A stretch of 64,000 nt of DNA from Patescibacteria group bacterium (GTDB lineage: Bacteria; Patescibacteriota; Microgenomatia; UBA1400; PJMF01): NCBI GenBank assembly GCA_016861205.1, contig BOKX01000001.1, forward strand, positions 1,076,589 through 1,140,588. Direction: 5' to 3'. The notes beneath the pieces are model-generated. The model was given only the letters and a program-made list of their open reading frames with translations, did not search any database and was not told the DNA's origin. Shown one piece after another: positions 49,920 through 59,079 of the stretch. Position 1 is the stretch's first letter. Every line of letters starts with the position of its first letter. Made by a program: the position numbers and the translations under genes.

Positions 49920-50420
49920 ATGAATATTTTGGCCAGCCCGTCTACCCGCTCCACGTCACAAGGTGGTTTTACGTTACTGGAAATGTTGATTGCCACAGTG
50001 GTGATGATGATGATGACTGGCATTGGTCTGGCTTCGTACCTTCGGTTTACCGAACGTCAAACGTTGAGAAATGCCGGAAAAGAGTTGCAAACGTACATGC
50101 GAGCAGCTCAAAGTCGAGCGCGCTCGGGAGATCGTCCCACCGGCTGTGCGCAACTGTTTGGTTATGCGGTGACAGGCGCAAATGGGGGTGTTCAGATTCA
50201 GCTGTCAGCTGTCTGTGAGAACGGGGTGGAAGTGGTGACTGACACTTACACGCTTCCCTCGGGATCAACATTGGGTGGAGCTTTAGATATGACGTTTGGT
50301 AGTTTAAAAGGTGGCGTGACGGGTGCTGGCACAGTAACGCTCATTTCTGGTGCTCAAGAGTACGAATTCACAGTTAGCCAAGGAGGAGAGATCGGCGATG
50401 GTGACATTGTGGCCCAGTAA
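49920..50420 (+). CDS. pseudopilin / minor pilin
   Basis: QGG|FTLLEMLIATVVMMMM prepilin motif after a 16-aa leader. Confidence 0.6.
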   Translation: MNILASPSTRSTSQGGFTLLEMLIATVVMMMMTGIGLASYLRFTERQTLRNAGKELQTYMRAAQSRARSGDRPTGCAQLFGYAVTGANGGVQIQLSAVCENGVEVVTDTYTLPSGSTLGGALDMTFGSLKGGVTGAGTVTLISGAQEYEFTVSQGGEIGDGDIVAQ

Positions 50421-50886
50421 ACAAGTTGTCAGGCGGTTCACTGCTTCATCAGGCCAAAGTATCGTCGAGGTGCTGATTGCAGTGGCGGTGGTAGCGGTAG
50501 TACTAACCACGGTGGCTGCTGGGCTCACCTACTCCGTCAAAACGACTTCTGAAGCTCGCTATCGCGCCTTCGCTACTAACTATGCTCAGGATGCCATAGA
50601 GGTGTTTAGGCGAGAACGAGCGACTTTGGGCTGGGAGTTATTCCGAGACAACATTGAAGCTGGAACCACTTGTTTGAATACCCTGCCAGCAACGACCGAC
50701 GCTTTTGTCAACTTAACCCCGGCGGCTTGTACGGTAGGTGTCCCGATGCTTGGCATGGATTTCCGCAGAGAGGTGGTTGTCACCTTTTTGAGTCCCGATG
50801 AAATCCAAGTTGAAGCGGTGGTGAGTTGGACTGATGGGAACCGTAGCCCAGAGATTAGTGTGGTTCAACAGTTCCGGGCTTACTAG
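50398..50886 (+). CDS. pilin-like protein (atypical cleavage motif)
   Basis: SSGQSIVEVLIAVAVVAVVL is a hydrophobic pilin-type N-terminal helix with an Glu at the position corresponding to prepilin Glu+5. It overlaps the previous gene by 23 nt. The start was trimmed to MVTLWPSK. Confidence 0.45.
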   Translation: MVTLWPSKQVVRRFTASSGQSIVEVLIAVAVVAVVLTTVAAGLTYSVKTTSEARYRAFATNYAQDAIEVFRRERATLGWELFRDNIEAGTTCLNTLPATTDAFVNLTPAACTVGVPMLGMDFRREVVVTFLSPDEIQVEAVVSWTDGNRSPEISVVQQFRAY

Positions 50887-50929
50887 TCAAAAAAACAGCC
50901 TTTTTTGTGGATGTTATATCTACAAATTG

Positions 50930-51913
50930 TTAAACAGGCAGTTTGTATGTCACCCAACCTTGAGCAGCTTCTCGCCGCAACCAAATACTGAGTGTTTGGG
51001 TTGCGGTGTTAACCACAATTTTGGCAACACTTCGCTCATTGTGAAGACTATGATCAGGCCCGAGAGATTCATCGAGCAGTAGTTTTTTCAAATGTTCAGG
51101 TGTCAAGTAATTTGCGACGTGTTGTTTTGCAAATTGAAGGCGCGTATGTGTGCCCCAGATTTCCCTGCTAGAATGCCGAGAGCCGAGCAAGCAATGATTT
51201 GTGTGACAAAATGGACTCGAGGGGTTGGCAATATGTGCTGAAGAGGCTGTCAATTCAGCGTGCCAGAGCTGCCCGGTTGGACTAGCAAGTAAATGACTAA
51301 AACCAGAAGTCCTGGAAATTTGGGTTAGTTTAGCTAAGTCATGATTAGGATCATGACTGTCTAATAAATATCGTGCTTGGATTAGTTTCGGAACACCCAA
51401 CTGTTTTCGAGTGAATAACAGTGTATTTACAGCATGAACATAGCCTGCAGAATTGATCCCAATAGCCGATCCACCAGGTGTATTGTAGTAGAACAATTCC
51501 AATGTGCGATGTGAACCAATTCTCTTTTGAACAATGCAGACATCATCTTCTCCGCCAAGTACGTGATCTTCACTGTGACCGATCAGTTGTCCATCATTGG
51601 TTACTATTGTTGTGCATTTGGCACGAGCTGGTTTGTGAGGTCCGAACGCATCATCTTCAATTGAGATTGTCCATAAGTCATCGAATGACACTTCTGCCCC
51701 ATCAGCATATCCTCTAAGTTCAGAAACATACTGAGGGAAGTGCTTCTGGGCGTATGTCAGTTGTGCGTGGGCAATCTGGCAGTGGACCGGCCACTGTGTG
51801 TGCTGGTGTGCGGTTTTAATTGCTTGGTATGCTTGGGCAGCAAACTGACGGCCTATCTTGATACCTAAGTCAAAGTGATTGCGCGCGCTAAAGGCATAAA
51901 AGTGCTGATGCAT
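50930..51913 (-). CDS. C45 family peptidase / acyl-CoA:6-aminopenicillanic-acid acyltransferase-like Ntn hydrolase
   Basis: It has a candidate autoprocessing and nucleophile site AKC|TTIV, a GHSEDH box and an NTPGGSAIGIN segment typical of the C45/AAT fold. The protein is 327 aa. Confidence 0.55.
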   Translation of the reverse strand: MHQHFYAFSARNHFDLGIKIGRQFAAQAYQAIKTAHQHTQWPVHCQIAHAQLTYAQKHFPQYVSELRGYADGAEVSFDDLWTISIEDDAFGPHKPARAKCTTIVTNDGQLIGHSEDHVLGGEDDVCIVQKRIGSHRTLELFYYNTPGGSAIGINSAGYVHAVNTLLFTRKQLGVPKLIQARYLLDSHDPNHDLAKLTQISRTSGFSHLLASPTGQLWHAELTASSAHIANPSSPFCHTNHCLLGSRHSSREIWGTHTRLQFAKQHVANYLTPEHLKKLLLDESLGPDHSLHNERSVAKIVVNTATQTLSIWLRREAAQGWVTYKLPV

Positions 51914-51935
51914 ATTTCAGTATACGATACTAGGA

Positions 51936-52940
51936 TTGAGTGGTACTATCAAAAACATGCAATATCGCATATTAGGTAAAACAGGCTTGAAGGTGTCTTC
52001 AATCGGGTGTGGTACTTGGGGATTTGCTAACGACACAGACGCTTGGGTCGGTGCTACAAAAAAGGAGAGTGAGGCAGCGTTATTCTTGGCTTTAGATCAA
52101 GGTGTTAATTTCATTGATACAGCGCGCGTCTATGGTGAGGGTTTGGCGGAAGAGTGGCTCGGTGAAATGTTACAAAAAACATCACAGAAGCAAGTATTGG
52201 TTGCCACAAAGATGACACCACTTAATCAACAGTGGTCAGGTATGGTGGGTACACCAATCAGTGAGGCTTTCCCCAAACAACATATTATTGATCAAGTAGA
52301 TGCTAGTTTGCGAGCACTTCGGCGCGACTATTTGGATGTGGTTTACTTTCATGTTTGGGAAGATGAATGGAGTGATGTACCGAGTTGGAAAGAAGCAGTT
52401 ACAGAATTAACGCAGGCAGGCAAGGTTAGATTCTGGGGTATTTCTACAAATGATTTTCAACCCACTAACTGCCTGAAAGCATGCCAAACAGGACTTATCT
52501 CAGTGATTATGACTATTTTCAACATTTTTGCTCAAGAACCAATTTCAGAGCTTTTGCCAGCTGTTAAGAAAATGAATCTCGGCTTAGTAAGTCGCGTTCC
52601 TTTGGATGAAGGTGGTCTGAGTGGTTCTTACACGCATGACACAGAGTTTCCTGAGGGTGATTTTCGCCAAACCTATTTTTCCAAAGACAGATTAGTACAA
52701 CTTAATAAACATCTCGATGCTTTACGGCCACTGATCAAAAAAAGTAACGCTAAAAATGTAGCTGAGTTTGCATTGCGTTATGTTCTATCATTTCCGGAAG
52801 TCACAGTTGCGGTTCCAGGCATGCGCAGACAAAAGTATGTGATTGCCAACACTAAGGTTTCTGATTTACCGCCATTACCTCAAGGTGTCCTCGAGGAGAT
52901 GCCGAAACATGCTTGGTTCAGAAATTTTTACGATGCGTAG
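51936..52940 (+). CDS. aldo/keto reductase
   Basis: The AKR N-terminus is present (ILGKTGLKVSSIGCGTWGF ... FIDTARVYGEG) on a (beta/alpha)8 fold. Composition is visibly AT-rich relative to flanking core genes. Confidence 0.8.
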   Translation: MSGTIKNMQYRILGKTGLKVSSIGCGTWGFANDTDAWVGATKKESEAALFLALDQGVNFIDTARVYGEGLAEEWLGEMLQKTSQKQVLVATKMTPLNQQWSGMVGTPISEAFPKQHIIDQVDASLRALRRDYLDVVYFHVWEDEWSDVPSWKEAVTELTQAGKVRFWGISTNDFQPTNCLKACQTGLISVIMTIFNIFAQEPISELLPAVKKMNLGLVSRVPLDEGGLSGSYTHDTEFPEGDFRQTYFSKDRLVQLNKHLDALRPLIKKSNAKNVAEFALRYVLSFPEVTVAVPGMRRQKYVIANTKVSDLPPLPQGVLEEMPKHAWFRNFYDA

Positions 52941-55780
52941 GGATGTAGGAATCGCCTGACATAGTTTTGTAATAGGTCAAGGCTAGAAATAGAAGCAAAT
53001 TGAAGGGAATAGCCGGGACTTACTGCATTGGTTTCTGTCTCAAAAAAATGTATGCCTTTTTCTTTGAGGGCAGAGAAAAAAGGAGCTAGTTGCTTTCCTT
53101 TACCTTGCTTCAGTTGGTCCTCAAGTGTTTTCAGCCAAAGTTCAAAGGAGAGTACGCCGAGTCTTAAATTGGCTTCATCGGAGATGGTTGCAACCGCATC
53201 CGACAACTGTAGTGGCCGCTGATTCTTAAACAATATTTTCTGGTCATTGGATTGTCTTGGTGCTGTTATTGCTTGACTGACTTCATCAACAGGTACTAGA
53301 TCTAACCACCAGTTTACATTGGGAAAGTAGCCAATTTCTAGACAGCTTTGGATAAAAGACCAAAAGAAATCGTGTTCACCAAAAACTGGTCGTTCTAGTC
53401 TGGGTGTTATGGTGGCAGGTGCGACAATGTTTTGCCGATAACCCAGTTTCGAGTAATGCGCAAGTTTCTCTTCATTAATGTACTTCGTTAATTCATATCC
53501 ATCAAAATCACTCAACCTTGCCGATGAAGTTATTGATGCAGTACTGGATGATGATACGAAGGTTACCAAACTGTTTTTTATTTTTCCCGCCAAACGTAAG
53601 ATCTCGTCGAAACTTTGGACATTGACCTTTTTCAAGTCAAAATAGTCCAATAAAAAATTGACCCAGTACCCGACATGATAAATGTACTCCACTTGGTCTA
53701 CTATGATTTGTTCTGATTCTCGACTGATACCCAAATTTGGTTCAGATAAATCACCTAAAATTGGCGTGACTAGTTCCTGTGGATACCGGTCATCAAAGTA
53801 TTTGCGCCAGGTTTTTATGATTTTTTCTTCAGCAAGTGCCAATGAATTTGCTCGCGTTAAACAGTAAACGGGAGTGTCGGCACTGGTAAGCTGATGTAGT
53901 ACATGTATTCCCAGAAAACCAGTTGCACCTGTTAAAAAATGACCGGAACCAGTGCTATCTTTAGTATTTGATTTATTTGATATGAAGTCTGAGGGAAGTA
54001 AAGCATCAGATACTATGTCACGAACTAACGTTGGTTGGGTATCGGGGTTTATTGTTAGCCATGTTCTTATTTTTGATAATGAACGACCGCCATAAAACGC
54101 CTTAAGTGGAATCGGCTCCAAACCAGCGGCTTGCAGATCAAGGTTTATCATTTCAATTGTTAGGGAGTCAGCGCCATGCAGAAAAATATCATCATCAGGA
54201 TTAGTGTCAAACCTAATGTTTTTACGAAAAATTTCCAGATACGTATCAATGTTGGTTCCCGGTGTGGTTTTTGGTAATGCTTGACTTTGTAAGGTTGACC
54301 AAAGTATTTTGCCATCTGCTCGCCTTGGTATCTCATCAACAAAAACAAATTTAATTGGAAGTGTCGGAATACCACTGACGTCAACAGCTTTTTGATACAG
54401 GTTACTTATCCGTTCTGATTTTTCTGATAAAGGAGACACAATAAAACACATTAACATGGTACTCGGTGGCCGATTGACGTGTGATATGGCGATATCAATG
54501 ATCTCGGGGTCATTCCTGAAGGCTTGTTCTAACTTATATAGATCTACTCGGGTGCCATGAATTTTGACCTCTTGGTTGCTTCGGCCTGCTAATTTGTATA
54601 GACCGTTCATGCCTTTTACCACTAAGTCGCCTGTCTTCACTACACGAACGCCTTGATATTCACGAAAGTTTGTTTGTTCCATAGCTGAGAAGTACCCTGG
54701 TGAGAGACCTGCCGAAGAAATATGCAGTTCCCCAATTGTGCCGTCTGGGACCAGATTTTGTTCTTCATCAAGAACAAAAAAACGGGTCGTTCCGAAAGGC
54801 TCACCAATTGGAACAAGCTCATCCGGGGAAAGTGATTCTTCACGAATATCATGGGCAAAGAAAAGACCGTTATCGACAATAGACTCCGTAAGACCATATG
54901 AATTAAGTATCATTGCTTGTGGCCAGGTTGTCCTCAAATCTCTCATTTCTTGAACAAACCATGCTTCAGAACCAACTACGACCAGCTTAGGTTGGTGATG
55001 GTTGGCTTCTGGATTTTCACGTAAATGCCTGATAAGTTGTCGAACGTATGCGGGTGTTATGTCCAGAAAGTCAAGTTTATGCAGATTGATGTATGTAACT
55101 AGTTGATTAATGTTTCGTCTGACCGCCATGGGCACAATATGCATTGTTGCCCCGACTGAATTAACCATAAACATATCATCAAAAAAACCGGCTACGTCAA
55201 AGCCAGACATTACCAAAAACTGCTTGTAGTCTGAAATTGACATTACTTGTTGCCAAGTTTTGACCATTTCGACCCAGCCAGAATAGCTGATCAAAACACC
55301 TTTAGGGATACCGCTTGAGCCTGAGGTAAAAATAATGGCTGCAATGTCTTCGGGTAATTCAATCTGAAGTGATCTCTTGGCATTTTCACTAAATGTGCCA
55401 GTGTCAGTTTGTAGTGTTGTTATGTCTCCAACTCTTCTGACATGCTGAGCAGTGGTTAGTACAATATCGGGGTTAGTCTGGCTCAGTAGCGCATCAATTT
55501 TCTCTTGCGAAGCGGTTGGAGAGATAGGTACAAATGGCCTGCGAAGACGGGTGCAAGCCTGGGTTGCCACGAAAGCTTCAATAGAGGCCTCAAATAACAA
55601 GCCTATGATATGTCGATCCGTTCCGAGATGTTTTTCAAGGGTTGTTGCTAATTTGCTGACTCTTTCGTCTAGTTCTTGGTAGGTGAAAGATTGACCATGA
55701 TCAACGAGGGCAATGCCAGCTGGATTTTTTTTTGCAGACTGCGATAACAAATGTTCTAAATGCATATTCTGTAATTGCAA
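52928..55780 (-). CDS. NRPS-like adenylation-thiolation-reductase (A-T-R) enzyme / carboxylic-acid-reductase-like
   Basis: An adenylation domain carries cores A3 (FTSGSSGIPKGV) and A7/A8 (YKTGDLV ... GRSNQEVKIHGTRVDLYKLE). A carrier-protein domain has a Ser in LHGADSLTIEMI. A C-terminal thioester-reductase NAD-binding motif FLTGATGFLGIH follows. Composition is AT-rich. Confidence 0.75.
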   Translation of the reverse strand: MQLQNMHLEHLLSQSAKKNPAGIALVDHGQSFTYQELDERVSKLATTLEKHLGTDRHIIGLLFEASIEAFVATQACTRLRRPFVPISPTASQEKIDALLSQTNPDIVLTTAQHVRRVGDITTLQTDTGTFSENAKRSLQIELPEDIAAIIFTSGSSGIPKGVLISYSGWVEMVKTWQQVMSISDYKQFLVMSGFDVAGFFDDMFMVNSVGATMHIVPMAVRRNINQLVTYINLHKLDFLDITPAYVRQLIRHLRENPEANHHQPKLVVVGSEAWFVQEMRDLRTTWPQAMILNSYGLTESIVDNGLFFAHDIREESLSPDELVPIGEPFGTTRFFVLDEEQNLVPDGTIGELHISSAGLSPGYFSAMEQTNFREYQGVRVVKTGDLVVKGMNGLYKLAGRSNQEVKIHGTRVDLYKLEQAFRNDPEIIDIAISHVNRPPSTMLMCFIVSPLSEKSERISNLYQKAVDVSGIPTLPIKFVFVDEIPRRADGKILWSTLQSQALPKTTPGTNIDTYLEIFRKNIRFDTNPDDDIFLHGADSLTIEMINLDLQAAGLEPIPLKAFYGGRSLSKIRTWLTINPDTQPTLVRDIVSDALLPSDFISNKSNTKDSTGSGHFLTGATGFLGIHVLHQLTSADTPVYCLTRANSLALAEEKIIKTWRKYFDDRYPQELVTPILGDLSEPNLGISRESEQIIVDQVEYIYHVGYWVNFLLDYFDLKKVNVQSFDEILRLAGKIKNSLVTFVSSSSTASITSSARLSDFDGYELTKYINEEKLAHYSKLGYRQNIVAPATITPRLERPVFGEHDFFWSFIQSCLEIGYFPNVNWWLDLVPVDEVSQAITAPRQSNDQKILFKNQRPLQLSDAVATISDEANLRLGVLSFELWLKTLEDQLKQGKGKQLAPFFSALKEKGIHFFETETNAVSPGYSLQFASISSLDLLQNYVRRFLHPYAS

Positions 55781-55808
55781 AATAGTATAAAGGAGTTAGG
55801 ATGGGCTC

Positions 55809-56078
55809 ATGCAAGAAAAAATCACACCTACTGGTCCCGAAGTACTCCATGCTGAACCTGGTAATTTTATTACCAACCAAATGATGACCCTTGATGACGG
55901 CAGAATAGTACCATCTGGGACCGTTTTGGTCGATGGTGCAAATATCCTACAACTTGAAAAGGGCTTTTACCACTTTCGTGTTGCCCAATTGCCAGGTGGT
56001 GTCCATGAAAACTGTGTGGCAGTAGGTGATGAGTTCGTGTACAAAATTGTTGACAGTCCGGTAAAGCTTGTCAAGTAA
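55809..56078 (+). CDS. small hypothetical protein
   Basis: An 89-aa ORF divergent from the NRPS-like gene. Confidence 0.3.
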   Translation: MQEKITPTGPEVLHAEPGNFITNQMMTLDDGRIVPSGTVLVDGANILQLEKGFYHFRVAQLPGGVHENCVAVGDEFVYKIVDSPVKLVK

Positions 56079-56111
56079 AAAGCTAATCGGTTCCAGTTCA
56101 TTGGTTACCAA

Positions 56112-56702
56112 CTACAAACTCCTGATTTGCACTCCAGTGGAAAAGGTTTGCTCAACGATGTCTCGTGGTTGATCCACGCCGGGTGTCCCCTTGCGCAAGG
56201 TGAAGGTAACTGTCACATACTGTGAGGTAAAGTCTGAGCCGCGAGTGCAGTTGAACGTGGGTCCGCTGGTCAAAGTAATAGCCCCTGAGGTGAGGTAGCT
56301 GGAGTTCGAAGCAATTTTAGGTCGGTTGTCGCTTGGGTCGGTGGCGCGAGTCAGAATGGTGGTCTCACCGTCAATTGACTTAAGTGCCAAAGTGCCCATG
56401 CCACTTTCACAGGTTTTAATGACGTTGCCGGGTGGGGTGACAGTGTCAGTGGTTGACTCAAGTTCGATAGCATTGCGGATGAGAAAAGCCATTTGGTTGA
56501 GTGCAAAGTCACCTTCAGCTTTGACTAGCTTGGCCGTGGAAGTTTTGGTGTTACCGATCAGAAAGGTCATGAACATCGCGGTGGCTGTTAACATAATCAT
56601 GACTGACAACGTAGTTACCATCAGCAGCTCGACCAATGTAAACCCCGCCTGGCGGCGGCGGTGCGGCGAGTGGCTGCGGTGAGCTAGTTGGTTTCTTGCC
56701 AT
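56112..56702 (-). CDS. pseudopilin / minor type IV pilin
   Basis: RRQAG|FTLVELLMVTTLSVMIML prepilin motif after a roughly 20-aa basic leader. It overlaps the upstream Cys-rich gene by 19 nt. Confidence 0.65.
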   Translation of the reverse strand: MARNQLAHRSHSPHRRRQAGFTLVELLMVTTLSVMIMLTATAMFMTFLIGNTKTSTAKLVKAEGDFALNQMAFLIRNAIELESTTDTVTPPGNVIKTCESGMGTLALKSIDGETTILTRATDPSDNRPKIASNSSYLTSGAITLTSGPTFNCTRGSDFTSQYVTVTFTLRKGTPGVDQPRDIVEQTFSTGVQIRSL

Positions 56703-59065
56703 AGTGAGTAGGCTCGGGTCATGCGGGCCGGAATGTTTTCAATGAAGTCTGGTCGGAACACAAAAACTTCGGACGGGTTGGTGGCGTTTTGAGAGCCAGT
56801 GCCACCAGTTCGTAAATCACGGCTTAACGTTACGCCGGACCAGCCGATAAAGTTGCCGGCGCCCACAAATTGGCGGTCCCCACCTGTGCCGGAGGCTTGG
56901 ATGTTGATAGTGCCATTAGCAATGTAGACACCATCAAGTACCGGGCTGTTATTGGCAACTGGATTGCCAACGGTAGCATTAACAATGATGTCGCCCGAAA
57001 CGATGAAGGCTAAGAAACCACCTGGTTCCACTTCGATTAAGTGATCAACGCCAGCGGCGTTGGTGATGGTTAAATCGCCATTGATGAACACTACAATCGA
57101 TTCATCTGCTGCCACCAACCAGTCGTTGATGATTGTCACATCACCGTTGTAAGCATACGCCCGACCGTTGTCAGGGGCGGTCGCAGCATTATTGGGATCG
57201 GGTTTGACGAAATCATAAACTTGAACAGAGTCGTCATTGGTGACGATTGGTGAGCTGGTACCCATGCTGTAGAGCCGGTAAAAGTAATCATAGTTCTCTC
57301 GCAAACGAGTGGTGGCGGTTCCCCTAGCAATGAGGGCGGTGCCATCCTGATTGATGTTGGCGGTGTTCTGATTGCCCTGGGTATCTTCGACGTCTACTTC
57401 TCCTCCCGCACTGACCGCAATGCCAGCGGTGCCGGCGGTGTCATTCAAATCGCGCGCTGCTAAGTATGGGATGCAACCTACACCTGTGTCACACGTGTCG
57501 GCGGGAATATTGGAGTAAAACGATGTCCCAGTTGTGGCTCCGGTGTACGCGTTGCCGCCGCGGAACTGCCACCAAGCGGTGGTGTTTAAAACCAAGTTGG
57601 TGATGAAGTAGTTGACGCCACTTTGCGGTGAGGTCAAGCCGGCGTAACCGCAGCCTACTGTAGCCGGACATGTACAGGCATAGTTTGCACCTGGATTGAG
57701 TCCAGCGTAATTATTGGGACTTGGCCAGGATGCCCAAGGAATCCAATACGGGACAGGTTCAGAGAAGGTCCCATCATTATTGATAGCTACCACATGTGGA
57801 GCTGCATTTCTATCAAAAATACCCACAAATGACCCACTGCCGCCTTGCGTCCCGGTAGTGGTGGGACCAATACAAACTGCCCCCGGTGTAGGTTGATAGG
57901 CAGTTGCGTCGTTATCTAAATAAACCCGACCAGACAGGATTCCCGTGGCGGTGATAGTGCCTGTCACGTATGCGCCATACTCATAGGGTGGTCCACAAGA
58001 GATGTTGATTGGGCGTATGCTAAAAACGTATTCTGCGTATGGCCCTGGATAGATACTGACTGAGTTGGTGAAATTGACATTGCCACAATAGGCAACCCCG
58101 TAAATATCAAGCGAACAGTCACCGCCGACTGGATACAACTCAACCTCATATACATCAGCTGTCGAGCTGGCTGTCCAGCTAAAAGTGATGGTTCCATTAT
58201 TAGCTACAGCCACCGTCCCGTTATTAGCTGGAGTAGTGCTCAGAATACTTGGGACTCCGGTATCTGTACTGGCGCAGGTACCACCACAGCCATCAGTTTG
58301 GCCACAGGCAGACGTGCAGTTGGGGGTACAAACACCACAATTAGGGCAAGTATTATCAGCCACACAGACACTATCACAGAATTGGCCGGTGGAAATTGAT
58401 CGGTAATAGCCACTTTGTCTCTGGCAGTCATTACAAACGTCAACAGGACCACACCAATTGGTAGCAACATATTCACGATCGGCACCTTGGCAGACAGTCC
58501 CGGGATTGCTACATGATTGGGTGTTACAACTGCGAGAAGTAGAGGCACAGCCAGACGGGTTGCAACTGCGCGTTTGGATACCACCACCGCAGCTGGCGCT
58601 GCAAGCTGACCAGGCCGTGCAGTTACAAGTAGCTGGTGGGGGTTCGCAGCCGTAAGGGCTAGGTGGGTTCCACTGACAGTTCCCACCCAAAGTACCCGGG
58701 TAACAGTCCCCGGTGTTAAAGTCAGTTGCAACGCACTGACGGGCAGCATTCGTGGTGCACAGCCGACGCATTAATGTGTTGCCGCGACAGTTGTTGGAGT
58801 TGTTGCGACAACTGGGGTTAGGATGATTGGGACGACAAGAGCCATTACAAGGTGCGCCGGCTGGGCAACATGAAACCATTGGGTAACAATAAATTTCGCC
58901 ACCACAAGTACTAGTTGTGCCATCATTTTCACAGGGATCTGCGCCAGCGGTAGCCGCACTAAGTTTTCCTCTAGCACAGAAAAAAGTGAGCAGGAGTACA
59001 AACAAAGCGAAATATACCTTTTTTCTCACAGAAGTAACTATACCAGTTAAAAAATAGTCAGGCAA
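56684..59065 (-). CDS. large Cys-rich secreted protein with thrombospondin type-1-like motif and C-terminal parallel beta-helix repeats
   Basis: A signal peptide is followed by about 300 aa with more than 50 Cys, including CTAWSACSASCGGGIQTRSC, which matches the TSP1 repeat WSxCSxSCGxGxxxR. The C-terminus has Gly/Asn/Thr/Val-rich repeats (NGDVTIINDW ... FINGDLTITNAAG ... IVSGDIIVNATVGN) typical of right-handed beta-helices. Confidence 0.6.
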   Translation of the reverse strand: MPDYFLTGIVTSVRKKVYFALFVLLLTFFCARGKLSAATAGADPCENDGTTSTCGGEIYCYPMVSCCPAGAPCNGSCRPNHPNPSCRNNSNNCRGNTLMRRLCTTNAARQCVATDFNTGDCYPGTLGGNCQWNPPSPYGCEPPPATCNCTAWSACSASCGGGIQTRSCNPSGCASTSRSCNTQSCSNPGTVCQGADREYVATNWCGPVDVCNDCQRQSGYYRSISTGQFCDSVCVADNTCPNCGVCTPNCTSACGQTDGCGGTCASTDTGVPSILSTTPANNGTVAVANNGTITFSWTASSTADVYEVELYPVGGDCSLDIYGVAYCGNVNFTNSVSIYPGPYAEYVFSIRPINISCGPPYEYGAYVTGTITATGILSGRVYLDNDATAYQPTPGAVCIGPTTTGTQGGSGSFVGIFDRNAAPHVVAINNDGTFSEPVPYWIPWASWPSPNNYAGLNPGANYACTCPATVGCGYAGLTSPQSGVNYFITNLVLNTTAWWQFRGGNAYTGATTGTSFYSNIPADTCDTGVGCIPYLAARDLNDTAGTAGIAVSAGGEVDVEDTQGNQNTANINQDGTALIARGTATTRLRENYDYFYRLYSMGTSSPIVTNDDSVQVYDFVKPDPNNAATAPDNGRAYAYNGDVTIINDWLVAADESIVVFINGDLTITNAAGVDHLIEVEPGGFLAFIVSGDIIVNATVGNPVANNSPVLDGVYIANGTINIQASGTGGDRQFVGAGNFIGWSGVTLSRDLRTGGTGSQNATNPSEVFVFRPDFIENIPARMTRAYSLWQETN

Positions 59066-59079
59066 TTATTCAGATACAG

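Noticed and set aside
58240-58749. 169-aa and other short ORFs antisense or out of frame within the Cys-rich protein gene
   Set aside because: They lie within a 793-aa ORF that has a coherent signal peptide and domain motifs. They are typical shadow ORFs.
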